Positions 40,091 through 50,200 of a DNA stretch of 64,000 nt are shown one piece after another. The position numbers and the translations under genes are program-made. The notes beneath the pieces were generated by a model that worked only from the letters and a program-made list of their open reading frames with translations, made no database searches and had not been told where the DNA came from. The stretch is from the NCBI GenBank assembly GCA_037447435.1, contig JBBIGR010000015.1, positions 21,283 to 85,282 on the forward strand, given 5' to 3'. This stretch comes from Fibrobacteria bacterium. GTDB taxonomy: Bacteria > Fibrobacterota > Chitinivibrionia > Chitinivibrionales > FEN-1185. Numbering within the stretch: position 1 is the first letter of the stretch; every line of letters begins with the position of its first letter.

Positions 40091-40128
40091 AAAAAAGGCA
40101 AGTGTATAACTATATATCACTTGCCTTT
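40091..40128 (-). terminator. rho-independent terminator after the sugar porter
   Basis: AAAGGCAAGTG ... CACTTGCCTTT with a U-tract on the minus strand. Confidence 0.65.
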
Positions 40129-40178
40129 ATACGTTATTTTAAAATAATAACGTTTTATAAATTATTTAATTTTACAAC

Positions 40179-41978
40179 TTATTTTTTAGCACCACTGAAG
40201 TATTCCTCAACTTCTTCGAGGGTTTTACCTTTGGTTTCGGGTAAAAAGAATGCTGCAGTCACGAAATACACGATAGTGCATGCGGCAAATCCAAAAAACA
40301 TTGTCGAATAGCCGTATTTTCCCACAGTGGGTAAAAATACTGCCGCAATTCCCGTAGACACTGCCTGGTTAATAAGTAATGCAATGCTCATGCCGTTGGA
40401 ACGGATTCGAGTGGGCATAAGTTCCGACAAAGCAAGCCACACGCAAACTCCCGGCCCGATTGCGAAAAAAGCCATAAACAAGTAAAGGAATACCGCAACG
40501 AGCCAGCCGTTTTTTGCCGTGGGTACGGGTGTTATCAAGGCATTTTCGATTTTAAGAGGCGCAACTCTTGCCTTGTTCAAATCGCCGAACGGATTTGAGA
40601 AAAACGCAATCACCTTATTGGCAGGCAATGTCGCATCGCGGCTAATGGATATCGGCTTTTCGGCCAATACGCCTGTCCTCACAACCCTACTTGCGGCTTT
40701 AAAATCACCGTAGGAATATATCAGAATCATGGATGTCGGTTTGGATACTATGGCTTGTCCTGCGCTTCCTATCGAAGCCAGCATAGCGTTTGCGGTGGAA
40801 TCGTTATAGGTAAGCGACAAGGCATCGCCGGAAACCATTGCCTGCGCAGCATCGCGGCAATCGACGCGCTGTTTTTCGGTTTTGCTGAATAAAAATCCTG
40901 CGGCCACCAGCGAAACGATCACACCCGAAGTACCTAAGGTGAGCAAAAACTTTCTGCCTTTTTTGTCAACCAGCACCACGGCGATGATGGTTACCAAAAA
41001 GTTCACAATCGTAAACAGAAACGAACCCCAATGCGCGGCAACGTCCGAAAGTCCGCCCTGAATAAGAATATTCGTGTTGAACCCTATAATGGAGTTGATA
41101 CCGGTCAATTGGTTGCATGCCAAAATGATGCAGGCAAGCACGAACGGTATGACATATTTACGTTTAAGAAGCGATTCTTTGATTTTTGAACCGGTCGTGC
41201 TTTGCGTTTTTTCGGCGACAAAGGTCTCTTCCATTTCTTGTAATTCCACATCGGCCTGTTCTTCGGAGCGCGAACGCAAAAGCGCAGCTTTTGCAGCGTC
41301 TTTGTTCCCGCGGCGATACAGCCAGCGGGGAGATTCGGCCACCAGGAAACTACCGACAACGAACAATAATCCCGGCGGCAGCGATACCCAGAAAATGCTG
41401 CGCCAGGCAATGTCTTTGAATGCGAACAATTTTTCGACATTGCCGAGCTTTGCAACCATGTCGACGCGATAGCTGAAATACATACCGATCACCGATGCAG
41501 CCACCAAACCCGTGACCAATAGCCATTGGAAAATGCCCGTGCCTTTTCCGCGGTTCGAAGCGCTCAGGCATTCTGCCAAGTAAAGCGGAATCACAACGCC
41601 GATGAGGCCGGCGCTTACGCCCTGCAACAAACGTCCTAAAACAAGCGGCGCATATCCGTGGGCAAGCGAAATAATGGGAATACTCAAAACAAACATGATA
41701 CCGCTCAACGTCATGAGCATTTTTCGGCCGAGCCAATCGGCAAGCATGCCTGCAAAAAGCGTGGAAATGACGCTCCCGAGCAAAACAGCGGCAACGATAA
41801 TGGAAAGCTGTCCGGAATTGAGGCCCGACGTCGCTTCCAAATACGGAAGGGCGCCCGAAATGATGCCGACGTCCACTCCATAAAGCAATCCGCCCAAACC
41901 GGCGACTAGCAACAATAACCGATTGTACCCGACCTTGACCGGCGCGGTAAGCGCACTTGCACTGCTTTGATTTCCCAT
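40179..41978 (-). CDS. sugar porter family MFS transporter
   Basis: GGLLYGVD, DWLGRK, AESPRWL, QLTGIN, DKKGRK, PETKGKTLEE. Confidence 0.93.
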   Translation of the reverse strand: MGNQSSASALTAPVKVGYNRLLLLVAGLGGLLYGVDVGIISGALPYLEATSGLNSGQLSIIVAAVLLGSVISTLFAGMLADWLGRKMLMTLSGIMFVLSIPIISLAHGYAPLVLGRLLQGVSAGLIGVVIPLYLAECLSASNRGKGTGIFQWLLVTGLVAASVIGMYFSYRVDMVAKLGNVEKLFAFKDIAWRSIFWVSLPPGLLFVVGSFLVAESPRWLYRRGNKDAAKAALLRSRSEEQADVELQEMEETFVAEKTQSTTGSKIKESLLKRKYVIPFVLACIILACNQLTGINSIIGFNTNILIQGGLSDVAAHWGSFLFTIVNFLVTIIAVVLVDKKGRKFLLTLGTSGVIVSLVAAGFLFSKTEKQRVDCRDAAQAMVSGDALSLTYNDSTANAMLASIGSAGQAIVSKPTSMILIYSYGDFKAASRVVRTGVLAEKPISISRDATLPANKVIAFFSNPFGDLNKARVAPLKIENALITPVPTAKNGWLVAVFLYLFMAFFAIGPGVCVWLALSELMPTRIRSNGMSIALLINQAVSTGIAAVFLPTVGKYGYSTMFFGFAACTIVYFVTAAFFLPETKGKTLEEVEEYFSGAKK

Positions 41979-42128
41979 AGCACTTCCTTCTAAAAGTAAA
42001 TGTAAAGGGCGTTGTGGATTTCCATATCGGAATTACGGAAATCCGGTTTCGTCATTAATATCATTTTTCTTCCCCCCGCTTTTATCGAAGAGTGGGCTAA
42101 GGGGCGAGGACGCAATTCCAATATTTGT

Positions 42129-43622
42129 TCATCGGGTTTTGACCCAGCGGATGATCTGCTGTTTCTTTCCTTCGATGGAAAATCCTACAAAGTAAATTCC
42201 AGCTTTAAACGGCTTTAACGCGTCGGTTGCGGTCCACGACGACGCTACCGGCATCGAAGTTGACATTAGTTTTTGCCCAAGCACCGAGTACACGGTCATG
42301 GTGGCCATCGTTCCCTTATTCGCATTCAGCAGGGAATTTTTATTGCCACGCGAAACGTTCGGGTTCAGCACGCCGTTCGACGCGCGTTCCCAAATGGTTT
42401 TGGAAAGCCAGGTGCTGTCTTCAACGAAATTCGCGGGGACCGCAACATTTACAAAAGGATACATAAACGACGTTGTGGACGTATACGACGTATCGGTCGA
42501 TTCGACGAGTTTCGTATAGCTCGAATCTTTCAGGTTCACCAGATATATTGCGGTCCTGTTTTGTACATGTTTCCAATCGCCGGAAACCTGGAACAAACGG
42601 TCGACCAAAAGGCTAGCGGCGGCATAATAGGGATGGTCTGACCATTCGGGAAAATCCCATTCCTTTGCAACCGGCTCGCCGTTGCCGTTCGCATCGTTGA
42701 TCGAAACAAGTTTCTGATCGCTGGGCATATCATACACTCTCAAATCTTCCGAATCGTATCGTGAAATGAAGAGTTTCGTATGAAGCAACCAGCTGCCGAG
42801 CAGCGGATGATTGCAACCGGCGGAAGCGATATTTCCGGACCCGAAATCGAAATAGAGCATTGAATTTGTAAACACCCTGCTTGCGGGCCGGGAAATATTG
42901 CATACGCCGACCGATACGAACGTGTCGACATTCGTACCGTTTTTCTTCACCCGCATGGTATGGACCGCACGCGGCGTCCCGTTCCCGTTTTGCACGTCCA
43001 GAATAAAACCGTTCGGGCCGCCGTCCCAACCGCTGCAAAGATAGCGGTTGTCCCACGACAGTCCGCCGTAATAGCTGCCTTGTCCGTAAACGACCTGCGC
43101 TGCCTGCGGAACTTTGTTGGCTATTTGCTTTTTGAGCGTCTTACCCAGGGAATAGCAAATATTCTGGGGGCAGGAAACATCGGTAGAATACACGATTTCC
43201 GGCAATGCGGCAGGAGTATTTTGCACGAAACGGGGAACATACGCAGTATCGGCAACCTGAACAGCGGTACCTGTTGCCGCAGCTTCCCGCATCCATATTT
43301 TCCCTTTAATCGGGCTGGTCGAATTACCTTCGGTTTCGATACCGGTCTGATATGCCACCCATTGGCCGTCCGACGACAACGTGGGGTAATAGGCATTCGT
43401 GACACCGGCCATCTGCTGAATTTGGGGTGTTGCCTGCGAAAAGTCGACAATGTAACCGGTATTTTGACACATGAAAACGACTTTGATGTTATGCGTCCCG
43501 CATGCACTGTCGAGCTTGGCTTGCGTCGCGGTTATCCGCGCACTGATGGCAGCATTGGCTGCCGTGGAAATCAGACAGGGCAACGCTGCCCATACTGCTA
43601 TTTTTCGCATTGTCTTGTTCAT
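42129..43622 (-). CDS. secreted TolB-like propeller protein (resembles part of Fibrobacter TIGR02171 proteins) with T9SS-like C-terminal domain
   Basis: Signal peptide; YPTLSSDGQWVAY, YYGGLS, DFPEWS, IYLVNLKDSS; VYSVLGQK..GIYFV; family match recalled, not searched. Confidence 0.6.
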   Translation of the reverse strand: MNKTMRKIAVWAALPCLISTAANAAISARITATQAKLDSACGTHNIKVVFMCQNTGYIVDFSQATPQIQQMAGVTNAYYPTLSSDGQWVAYQTGIETEGNSTSPIKGKIWMREAAATGTAVQVADTAYVPRFVQNTPAALPEIVYSTDVSCPQNICYSLGKTLKKQIANKVPQAAQVVYGQGSYYGGLSWDNRYLCSGWDGGPNGFILDVQNGNGTPRAVHTMRVKKNGTNVDTFVSVGVCNISRPASRVFTNSMLYFDFGSGNIASAGCNHPLLGSWLLHTKLFISRYDSEDLRVYDMPSDQKLVSINDANGNGEPVAKEWDFPEWSDHPYYAAASLLVDRLFQVSGDWKHVQNRTAIYLVNLKDSSYTKLVESTDTSYTSTTSFMYPFVNVAVPANFVEDSTWLSKTIWERASNGVLNPNVSRGNKNSLLNANKGTMATMTVYSVLGQKLMSTSMPVASSWTATDALKPFKAGIYFVGFSIEGKKQQIIRWVKTR

Positions 43623-43657
43623 AAATTCTTTTCCTTAATTCATCTTTGTTATTAGCG

Positions 43658-43720
43658 ACTTCTAACTTCTAACTTCTAACTTCTAACTTCTAACTTCTAA
43701 CTTTTGACTTTCAACTTCCT
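43658..43720. repeat. heptamer tandem repeat (ACTTCTA)6 plus 3 degenerate copies
   Basis: Six exact ACTTCTA units at 43658-43699, then ACTTTTG, ACTTTCA, ACTTCCT. Confidence 0.95.
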
Positions 43721-45129
43721 TATTTCGCGATCGTAACGAACCTGCTCATCGTTGCTTTTTCCGAATGCCACGAGAGAATGTACATTCCGACCGGAACCGA
43801 ACGTATGGAAACGCGCTGTTCATATGCCGACGCGTTATTGCCTCTGGCAACGGTTTCCCCGTTAACATTAATCAATACGGCATCTCCGACGGTTTTGTTT
43901 TTTGCGCCGGTAACCACAAGATCGCTCGCGGTGATTTTAACCGACGCAGAAGCGCCCCGCGAAAGGACCAAAGGATTTTTTACCCCTGCCCCCGCAACAA
44001 TTGTAAACGGTAACGACACACCGAATTTATCGTATGGCGGATATTCTTCGACCTTGATTTTGGCCGTCGTTGTAATATAGGAAACCGAATCCTTGGGAAT
44101 TTTCCAATCATAGGTTGTAACATTCCCCGGGAAAGCCAATGCGGTTATATTCGCAAAACTTTTCCCATTATCATGGGTAAGGCTGGCAAACGTTTGACCA
44201 CGGGCATTTTTATAAACCCATTGTACATGAATCGTATCGCCAAGGTGATAAATTTCGCCGCCAACAGGTTTTATTACCGTGATTTTCGGAACTGGACCAG
44301 AATAGGGACGAGTTATTGCATCAGTATTGATAGTTTCTTTGCCCAAACCAACATCGGCCGAACTGCTGCTTACGGTCAGGCTAGGAACTGTATTGGCATT
44401 AAAATATCGTAATTCCAAAACATAAGCTCCGCTTACCAACGCAACTACAGCGCTATCCACAACAACAGATGTGCGTAACCCTGTATTTTTTGCGATTACG
44501 GAATCATTGACAAGAAGAGAGTATCCGCCATTGCACTTTACATAAAAGGTATAATTGCCATCTGCGGGAACATTAAAATAGCCATTAAAAACAATGCCTA
44601 AATTATTGGATTGATGCGGGACAGCTTGAATTGCCAAAGAATCGCAAGAACCAGAGGAATCTGGAATAAGTGTAGAAAAATCTGGGAGGGTCGTCCAATT
44701 CCCGGTATAATGACTGAAATTGGCACCATTTTCTTTTTGAAATGCAGAAATATCCACCGGCGTAAGGGCTGAAGTGATTTTTATAAACCTGGCTTGAATT
44801 ACTGCATTGCTTGTTGGAAGTTTGACTTTTGTCGATATGGAATTTTTATAGGCAATGATTGCGTTTGTAGAAGTATCAATCCATTCGGCAAAAACATATC
44901 CAGAATTAGGACGTGCCGTTATTACTGTTTGGGAATCCTGATTAACTGTAACAGTCTGAGCTGTCGGCGCAGTAATCACACCACCTGTACCTGCTATTAC
45001 TGTTAATTGATATGTTGCAGCAGAACAAGGAGCTAATAACAAAAGCCCCGCACTACCGAAGGCAAATGTCAAAGCATTTTTCTTTTTCCTAAAAGTTTGT
45101 ATTCCCTGAATAAGGATATTGCGTTTCAT
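43720..45129 (-). CDS. secreted protein with InlB B-repeat-like, PA14 and Ig-like domains and T9SS-like C-terminal domain
   Basis: ARPNSGYVFAEW; FNGYFNVPADGNYTFY (PA14); PVGGEIYHLGD; GMYILSW. Confidence 0.7.
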   Translation of the reverse strand: MKRNILIQGIQTFRKKKNALTFAFGSAGLLLLAPCSAATYQLTVIAGTGGVITAPTAQTVTVNQDSQTVITARPNSGYVFAEWIDTSTNAIIAYKNSISTKVKLPTSNAVIQARFIKITSALTPVDISAFQKENGANFSHYTGNWTTLPDFSTLIPDSSGSCDSLAIQAVPHQSNNLGIVFNGYFNVPADGNYTFYVKCNGGYSLLVNDSVIAKNTGLRTSVVVDSAVVALVSGAYVLELRYFNANTVPSLTVSSSSADVGLGKETINTDAITRPYSGPVPKITVIKPVGGEIYHLGDTIHVQWVYKNARGQTFASLTHDNGKSFANITALAFPGNVTTYDWKIPKDSVSYITTTAKIKVEEYPPYDKFGVSLPFTIVAGAGVKNPLVLSRGASASVKITASDLVVTGAKNKTVGDAVLINVNGETVARGNNASAYEQRVSIRSVPVGMYILSWHSEKATMSRFVTIAK

Positions 45130-45275
45130 GTATTGGCCTTTCGTCGGAAGGATATGATTATTAAAACAATTTATTTCGGATAACAAAAACCGGGGATGCC
45201 GGCCTTCGATTTGTTATTATATCACTTTATTTTTAATCCGGTTAGGCAAATCAGCGAAGCATTGTTTAAAAACTC

Positions 45276-45291
45276 ACTCATCTATACAACC
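45276..45291. promoter_or_regulatory. NagR/DasR-like operator box
   Basis: Minus strand GGTTGTATAGATGAGT upstream of the PA14 gene. Confidence 0.5.
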
Positions 45292-45375
45292 GGACTTATA
45301 AATATAAAGCTTGCCGGAAACAAAAATCTCCGACAAGCTTATAATTTTGCCTTTTTAATCTGCCATATTGCAGAA

Positions 45376-46746
45376 TTATCGTGTAATAGTCACAAATCTA
45401 GCAGAAGCGGTATTTGCCGAATGCCAGGAAACAACATAGCTACCACTGGGAATTTTTCCGATGGAAAACAGCCGTTGATCCGGAGATATTTTTTGCCCTA
45501 TTGCTACAACGGTTCCGTTAAGCGTCGTTAAAACCGCATCATCCACGACCCTGTTTTCAAAATTCACCAGAGTCAATTCGTTGCCCATACGTTTAATTAC
45601 AACTTTGGCGTCAGGATTTGCTGTTATTCGATTATTGTAGGTTTTGGTCGACATATTGGGATTAATCCACAAGGCGGGGAAACCGACGAAATCGCCGACA
45701 TACATCATATTATTTGAAGTTTTACCTTTACGTATAAAAGCTTTCGTATAGCAACCGGGAGAGGCGCTCGCCTGATTATCGCCGGTTTGGACCATATAAT
45801 TAGTGTCGGAATCACACCAATAGAACATATTATTACCGCAATCCGTGCTCGGATTATCTGCAGATCCGATTGTTCCATTCGGACAAGGCACCTTTAGCAG
45901 TGTCGTGTTCACATTCTCATTTTGCCCCCATCTCCAAACGTTGGCCGCACACAAATGCGTACTCGGATGATAACTGACGGTGCCGAGCCCATCCTGCAGC
46001 ATTCTTACTTGGCAACCATCAGCGCCGTTTGTTGGGCTTTTTGCCGTTTTAGTTACAAGATCGACAACGACAGGAACGTTGGCAAGATTTGTCGGCATAT
46101 CAAAAGAAAGGTAATGCCCTACTTTATTTACAGAAGTATAGACACTCGCAGAACTTCCCGCAGCGGGGTCTTTCCCTGAATGCGACCATAGTGTGTCTGT
46201 TTTTCCAGCAGAATTATCGGAATTTACTACGGTCCTTAGGATGATAAACCCTGCGCTATATACAATTCTACGTATCGAAGCAGAATCATCCCAACTAACA
46301 TTAAGTTGATCTGCATTGAGAGAAACTCTCTGAATTATTGCCAAATTTGACCCATTGGTATCACAAACTGATACTGCTGTACCATTTTGCATTGCTATTT
46401 TTGAGCCATCCGGAGAAATCCGGTACGTAGACGATACGCCCCAACCTGCAACACCAGCCCATTGCTGATATTTCATTAGATTTTTTATTGTAGCAGTGGT
46501 AGATCCTGCCATCCCAAAGCGCATAATACATAAAGAATCTTTGCTCACATCATTGGCTGTTCCACCACTCATTTTATTAAAAACCAGGATTGCATCATGA
46601 ACTGGTGAACCATACATTGCTCTCCAATCAGCATCGATTTTGGTAAGAGCAGGATTCGGATTAGTGTAATTGCCTTCTGTAGCAGCAAAACTAAAATTAA
46701 AAGCACATACAACAAAGCAATTTACAAGAAACCCAATCTGTTTCAT
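45376..46746 (-). CDS. secreted TolB-like propeller protein with T9SS-like C-terminal domain
   Basis: Signal peptide from MKQIG; ISPDGSKIA; GSYVVSW..ARFVTITR; start uncertain. Confidence 0.65.
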   Translation of the reverse strand: MKQIGFLVNCFVVCAFNFSFAATEGNYTNPNPALTKIDADWRAMYGSPVHDAILVFNKMSGGTANDVSKDSLCIMRFGMAGSTTATIKNLMKYQQWAGVAGWGVSSTYRISPDGSKIAMQNGTAVSVCDTNGSNLAIIQRVSLNADQLNVSWDDSASIRRIVYSAGFIILRTVVNSDNSAGKTDTLWSHSGKDPAAGSSASVYTSVNKVGHYLSFDMPTNLANVPVVVDLVTKTAKSPTNGADGCQVRMLQDGLGTVSYHPSTHLCAANVWRWGQNENVNTTLLKVPCPNGTIGSADNPSTDCGNNMFYWCDSDTNYMVQTGDNQASASPGCYTKAFIRKGKTSNNMMYVGDFVGFPALWINPNMSTKTYNNRITANPDAKVVIKRMGNELTLVNFENRVVDDAVLTTLNGTVVAIGQKISPDQRLFSIGKIPSGSYVVSWHSANTASARFVTITR

Positions 46747-46901
46747 GAACTTACGTAAAAAAAAGTGTGTTTTCATTCTTAACCCTTTCAACATTAAAGC
46801 TTCTGGAAAAAAAATATTTACATTTCCATTAAACATTATCTATGTCAGTAAGAAATATTTTATAAAAATATGTACAATAACAATATATAAAAAATAATTC
46901 G

Positions 46902-46917
46902 CCTTGTCTATACTTGT
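46902..46917. promoter_or_regulatory. NagR/DasR-like operator box
   Basis: Minus strand ACAAGTATAGACAAGG. Confidence 0.55.
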
Positions 46918-47146
46918 TTTAAAAAAAATAATAGCAGCCAAAATTAATTTTTTTTTTAAGAAATACCCAAATTTTCAAATATGATATCAAATATAATGTT
47001 ATAAATAAATTTTCTGTTATTTTTCTACCTATTTATAATAATAATCTTATTGGATATTTAAAAAAATGAGATATTCATTACATCTAAGTGATTGTTTTTA
47101 AATAATGTACTTAATTATTTTAATAAATAAATTAGAAAAACTATAA

Positions 47147-47184
47147 TAATAAAAAAGGCAACCGGGCGGTTGCCTTTTTTATTA
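47147..47184 (-). terminator. rho-independent terminator
   Basis: TAATAAAAAAGGCAACCG-GG-CGGTTGCCTTTTTTATTA. Confidence 0.85.
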
Positions 47185-47224
47185 AATCGAGTTTGATTAC
47201 ATAGGTATCCAGCAATTATTCCCT

Positions 47225-50200
47225 TTATGGTATCGAGGCCTTATATATTCCACCTGAGCCATTGAGACCCAAAAATATTGTTTTGCCTATTAAAATTAAG
47301 GCATTTTTTCCAGAAGTTCCAGAAAATCCTTGGGGATACCAATGTTCTCCATTATCTATCGAAACAAAGATATCAGAGAAGCCATTTGGATCATCGAATT
47401 TTTGCCCACCGGCAAAAATAGTAGAACCGTATGAAGTTAATGCTCTTGTAGCGATAGTGGTATCAATGCGTGTCCATGTCGTACCTGCATCTGGAGATCT
47501 ATAAATTCCATAAGTGGGTGTGCCAGCAAAAATATTAGTGCCATTAAAATTGAATGAATATGGGGTAAAATAGGAAAGTGTTACTCTATTATACCAGGTC
47601 GAGCCGTCGTCTTGGGATTGTTTTATATTACCCCTGTCTCCTGCTAAAATTGTGCTTCCATTTATTGCAATAGAATAGATTTGACCTGCGATGGACAATG
47701 TCAATTGTGTCCAAGTTTTTCCGCTATCAGGAGAGAAATAAATCGCACCTAATGCCCCACCATAAATACCTGTTCCTTTTACCCCAAGAGCATAACAAGA
47801 GCCACCATTCCATGTCGTTGAAACTTGCCATGTTTTCGCACTGTCCTTGGATAGAAATGCACCTGCGTCGGTACCGGCGATGACAATGCTTCCCATGCAA
47901 GCGAGCGAATAGACGCAAAGTCCTGTTAAACCAGTATCCATTTTATTCCATGATGTTCCACCATTAATAGTCCGATATACTCCAGAATCTGCAGACCCAG
48001 CATAAATAACATTTCCATTAAAAGCAAACGACTTGACAATAGTGTCTGTAAGGCCGGAATTTGCAGGGACCCAATTGTAATGTGGGATAATATTTGCCAG
48101 AAGATTTTTATTTGCATTCATTACTAGGCTAATGCTATTTGATTGTGCTGTCGTATCACCGGTCCACCCAAAAAAGTTATAGGTCAAAGCAGCAGTCACA
48201 GTCAAAATCACAGTACTATTTGAATCATATGTTGTTTGATTTGGCGTTTTTGTCAACGTACCACCTTGCGGAACAGTAATAGTGAGTGAATATTGCTTTA
48301 TAAATTTTGCCGTCACATTTTTTGAGCCCGTGAAAATAACTTTTAACGGATTCGTTGTTCCGCTCGCATCCCCAGTCCAACCGGTAAAACGGTACCCTGT
48401 TGCCGCGGTTGCAGTCAAGGTTACCGAATCACCCATTGCATAGGCAATCGTATCATTTGAACGGCTAATCGTTCCGCCTACCGTAGGTAAACTTGAAGTT
48501 GCCAAAGAATAAGTTGGCAAAACAGTTACATGTGCCACGGCGCTTGTGCAGCTTCTTACAACATTCGTAACTATTACCGTGTAATCACCGGAATCTGTTG
48601 GCGTTACATTAGACAATGAATAGTTTTGAGCTGATGAATTCGATGGAATATTTGTACCGTTTTTTCTCCATTGATAGGTCAACGGCAATGTTCCAATAGC
48701 GACAACATTAAGTGCTATTGTTTGATGCTCAAGAATGCGCTTTGCTTGAGGCTGGGTTGTAACTGTTGGTGGTACATTCACGGTAACTGATGCCCCCGAA
48801 GAATCCCTGCCAGCCAAATTGGATGCAATTACATAATAGAATCCGGAATCAGATCCCTGCATGTTAAGTTTTTTCCATGTACCTACTCTCGTTGAATCCA
48901 AAAACGCGCCGCCCTTATACCAGGAATACAAAGGCGCAGGAAACACATCCGAATTAACGGTTACCGATAAAACAAGGGAATCTCCACTTGTCAATGTTTT
49001 GGCAGCAAGTTTTTGAGAAATGACCGGAGCAATATTATTGGTATCAATTTTTATGGAAACCTTTGCAGAAGAAACGCTTTGCAAACTACCTGCCGATGCC
49101 TTGAATGTGAAATAATCCGTGCCGATAAAACCTGGTGTCGGCGTATAAGTGACAGTTGGCTGCGAACTATTTGCCAATGCTGCCGTGCCGTGAGTTGCCG
49201 CTGTGTCAATTACCCATGAGGTTATTGCGGTACTGTCCGGCGATATTGCAGACAGCGTTATTTGCAATGCGGTATTTCGTTTTGTCGACACGCTTTGCGG
49301 TTGCGGCTGCGGCGGGCGGGGAACATTTACAACATGTAACAGTATTGTTATGGCGCTTGGCGCGGCAATGCCATCTGACGCCTGAATTTTAATTGGATAG
49401 GTGCCAGAATCGGTATAGCTTGCCGTATATTTCCAGGTTGAAAACACCAGAGAATTCTTTAACGGGTCACCGGAAGTCATTTGATAAACAATATTATCAC
49501 CATTTGCATCGGATACCGAATCCGCCAGATTGATCGTAATCGATGCATTTTCCAGAACACTCACTTTTATGGTATCACGGATCCATTTCGGCGCTGTATT
49601 TACCGATGTAGACAAAATTCTATTAGACGGCGCCGACATGCCTTTTGAATTTGAGGCGACAACGTAATAGTAAAAAGCAGTATCTTTTACCGCATTTGCA
49701 AAAAATGTATCGATGCACGTTCCCAATGAGACAAAGTTGGTCGTGTCCTTCGCACGGTACACTTGGTAATTGTCCGCATTTTTACTCGCATTCCATTTAA
49801 AAGTGAAAATACCGTTATTCCGGGTAATACCAACCAGATTTTTTATACTGTCCGGTAATGCAATGGACTTCCGCACCTCTATGGCCACTTTCAGCGTGTC
49901 TTGCAAAGACGGAATACCATTGTCCGAAGACCTGAAAAACACCGTATCCATTTTCACCGTGTCGGTTCCAAGATATCCGGAAGGCACGGCCCACGTAAAC
50001 AGTGAATCCTTGAATGAAAAATTTAATGGGCCTTTGAGTACGGTAACGGTATCGGATTGGCCGATGTCCGGCTCAGTCGATTTTACAGTCAGAGAACAAA
50101 TTTCCGATGAAAGGATTTTTAAATGTCCTTTTACTAAAGAGAGAACGGGTTTGCCGTTGGCTTTTGCAATCACATGAAGAATTGCCGCTGACGTTGTTAT

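Noticed and set aside
39730..40178. Very AT-rich spacer (also 46750-47220) as a mobile element or origin
   Set aside because: No terminal repeats, DnaA-box cluster or mobility genes; explained by promoter, operator and terminator
43658..43720. CRISPR array
   Set aside because: 7-nt units with no spacers and no cas operon
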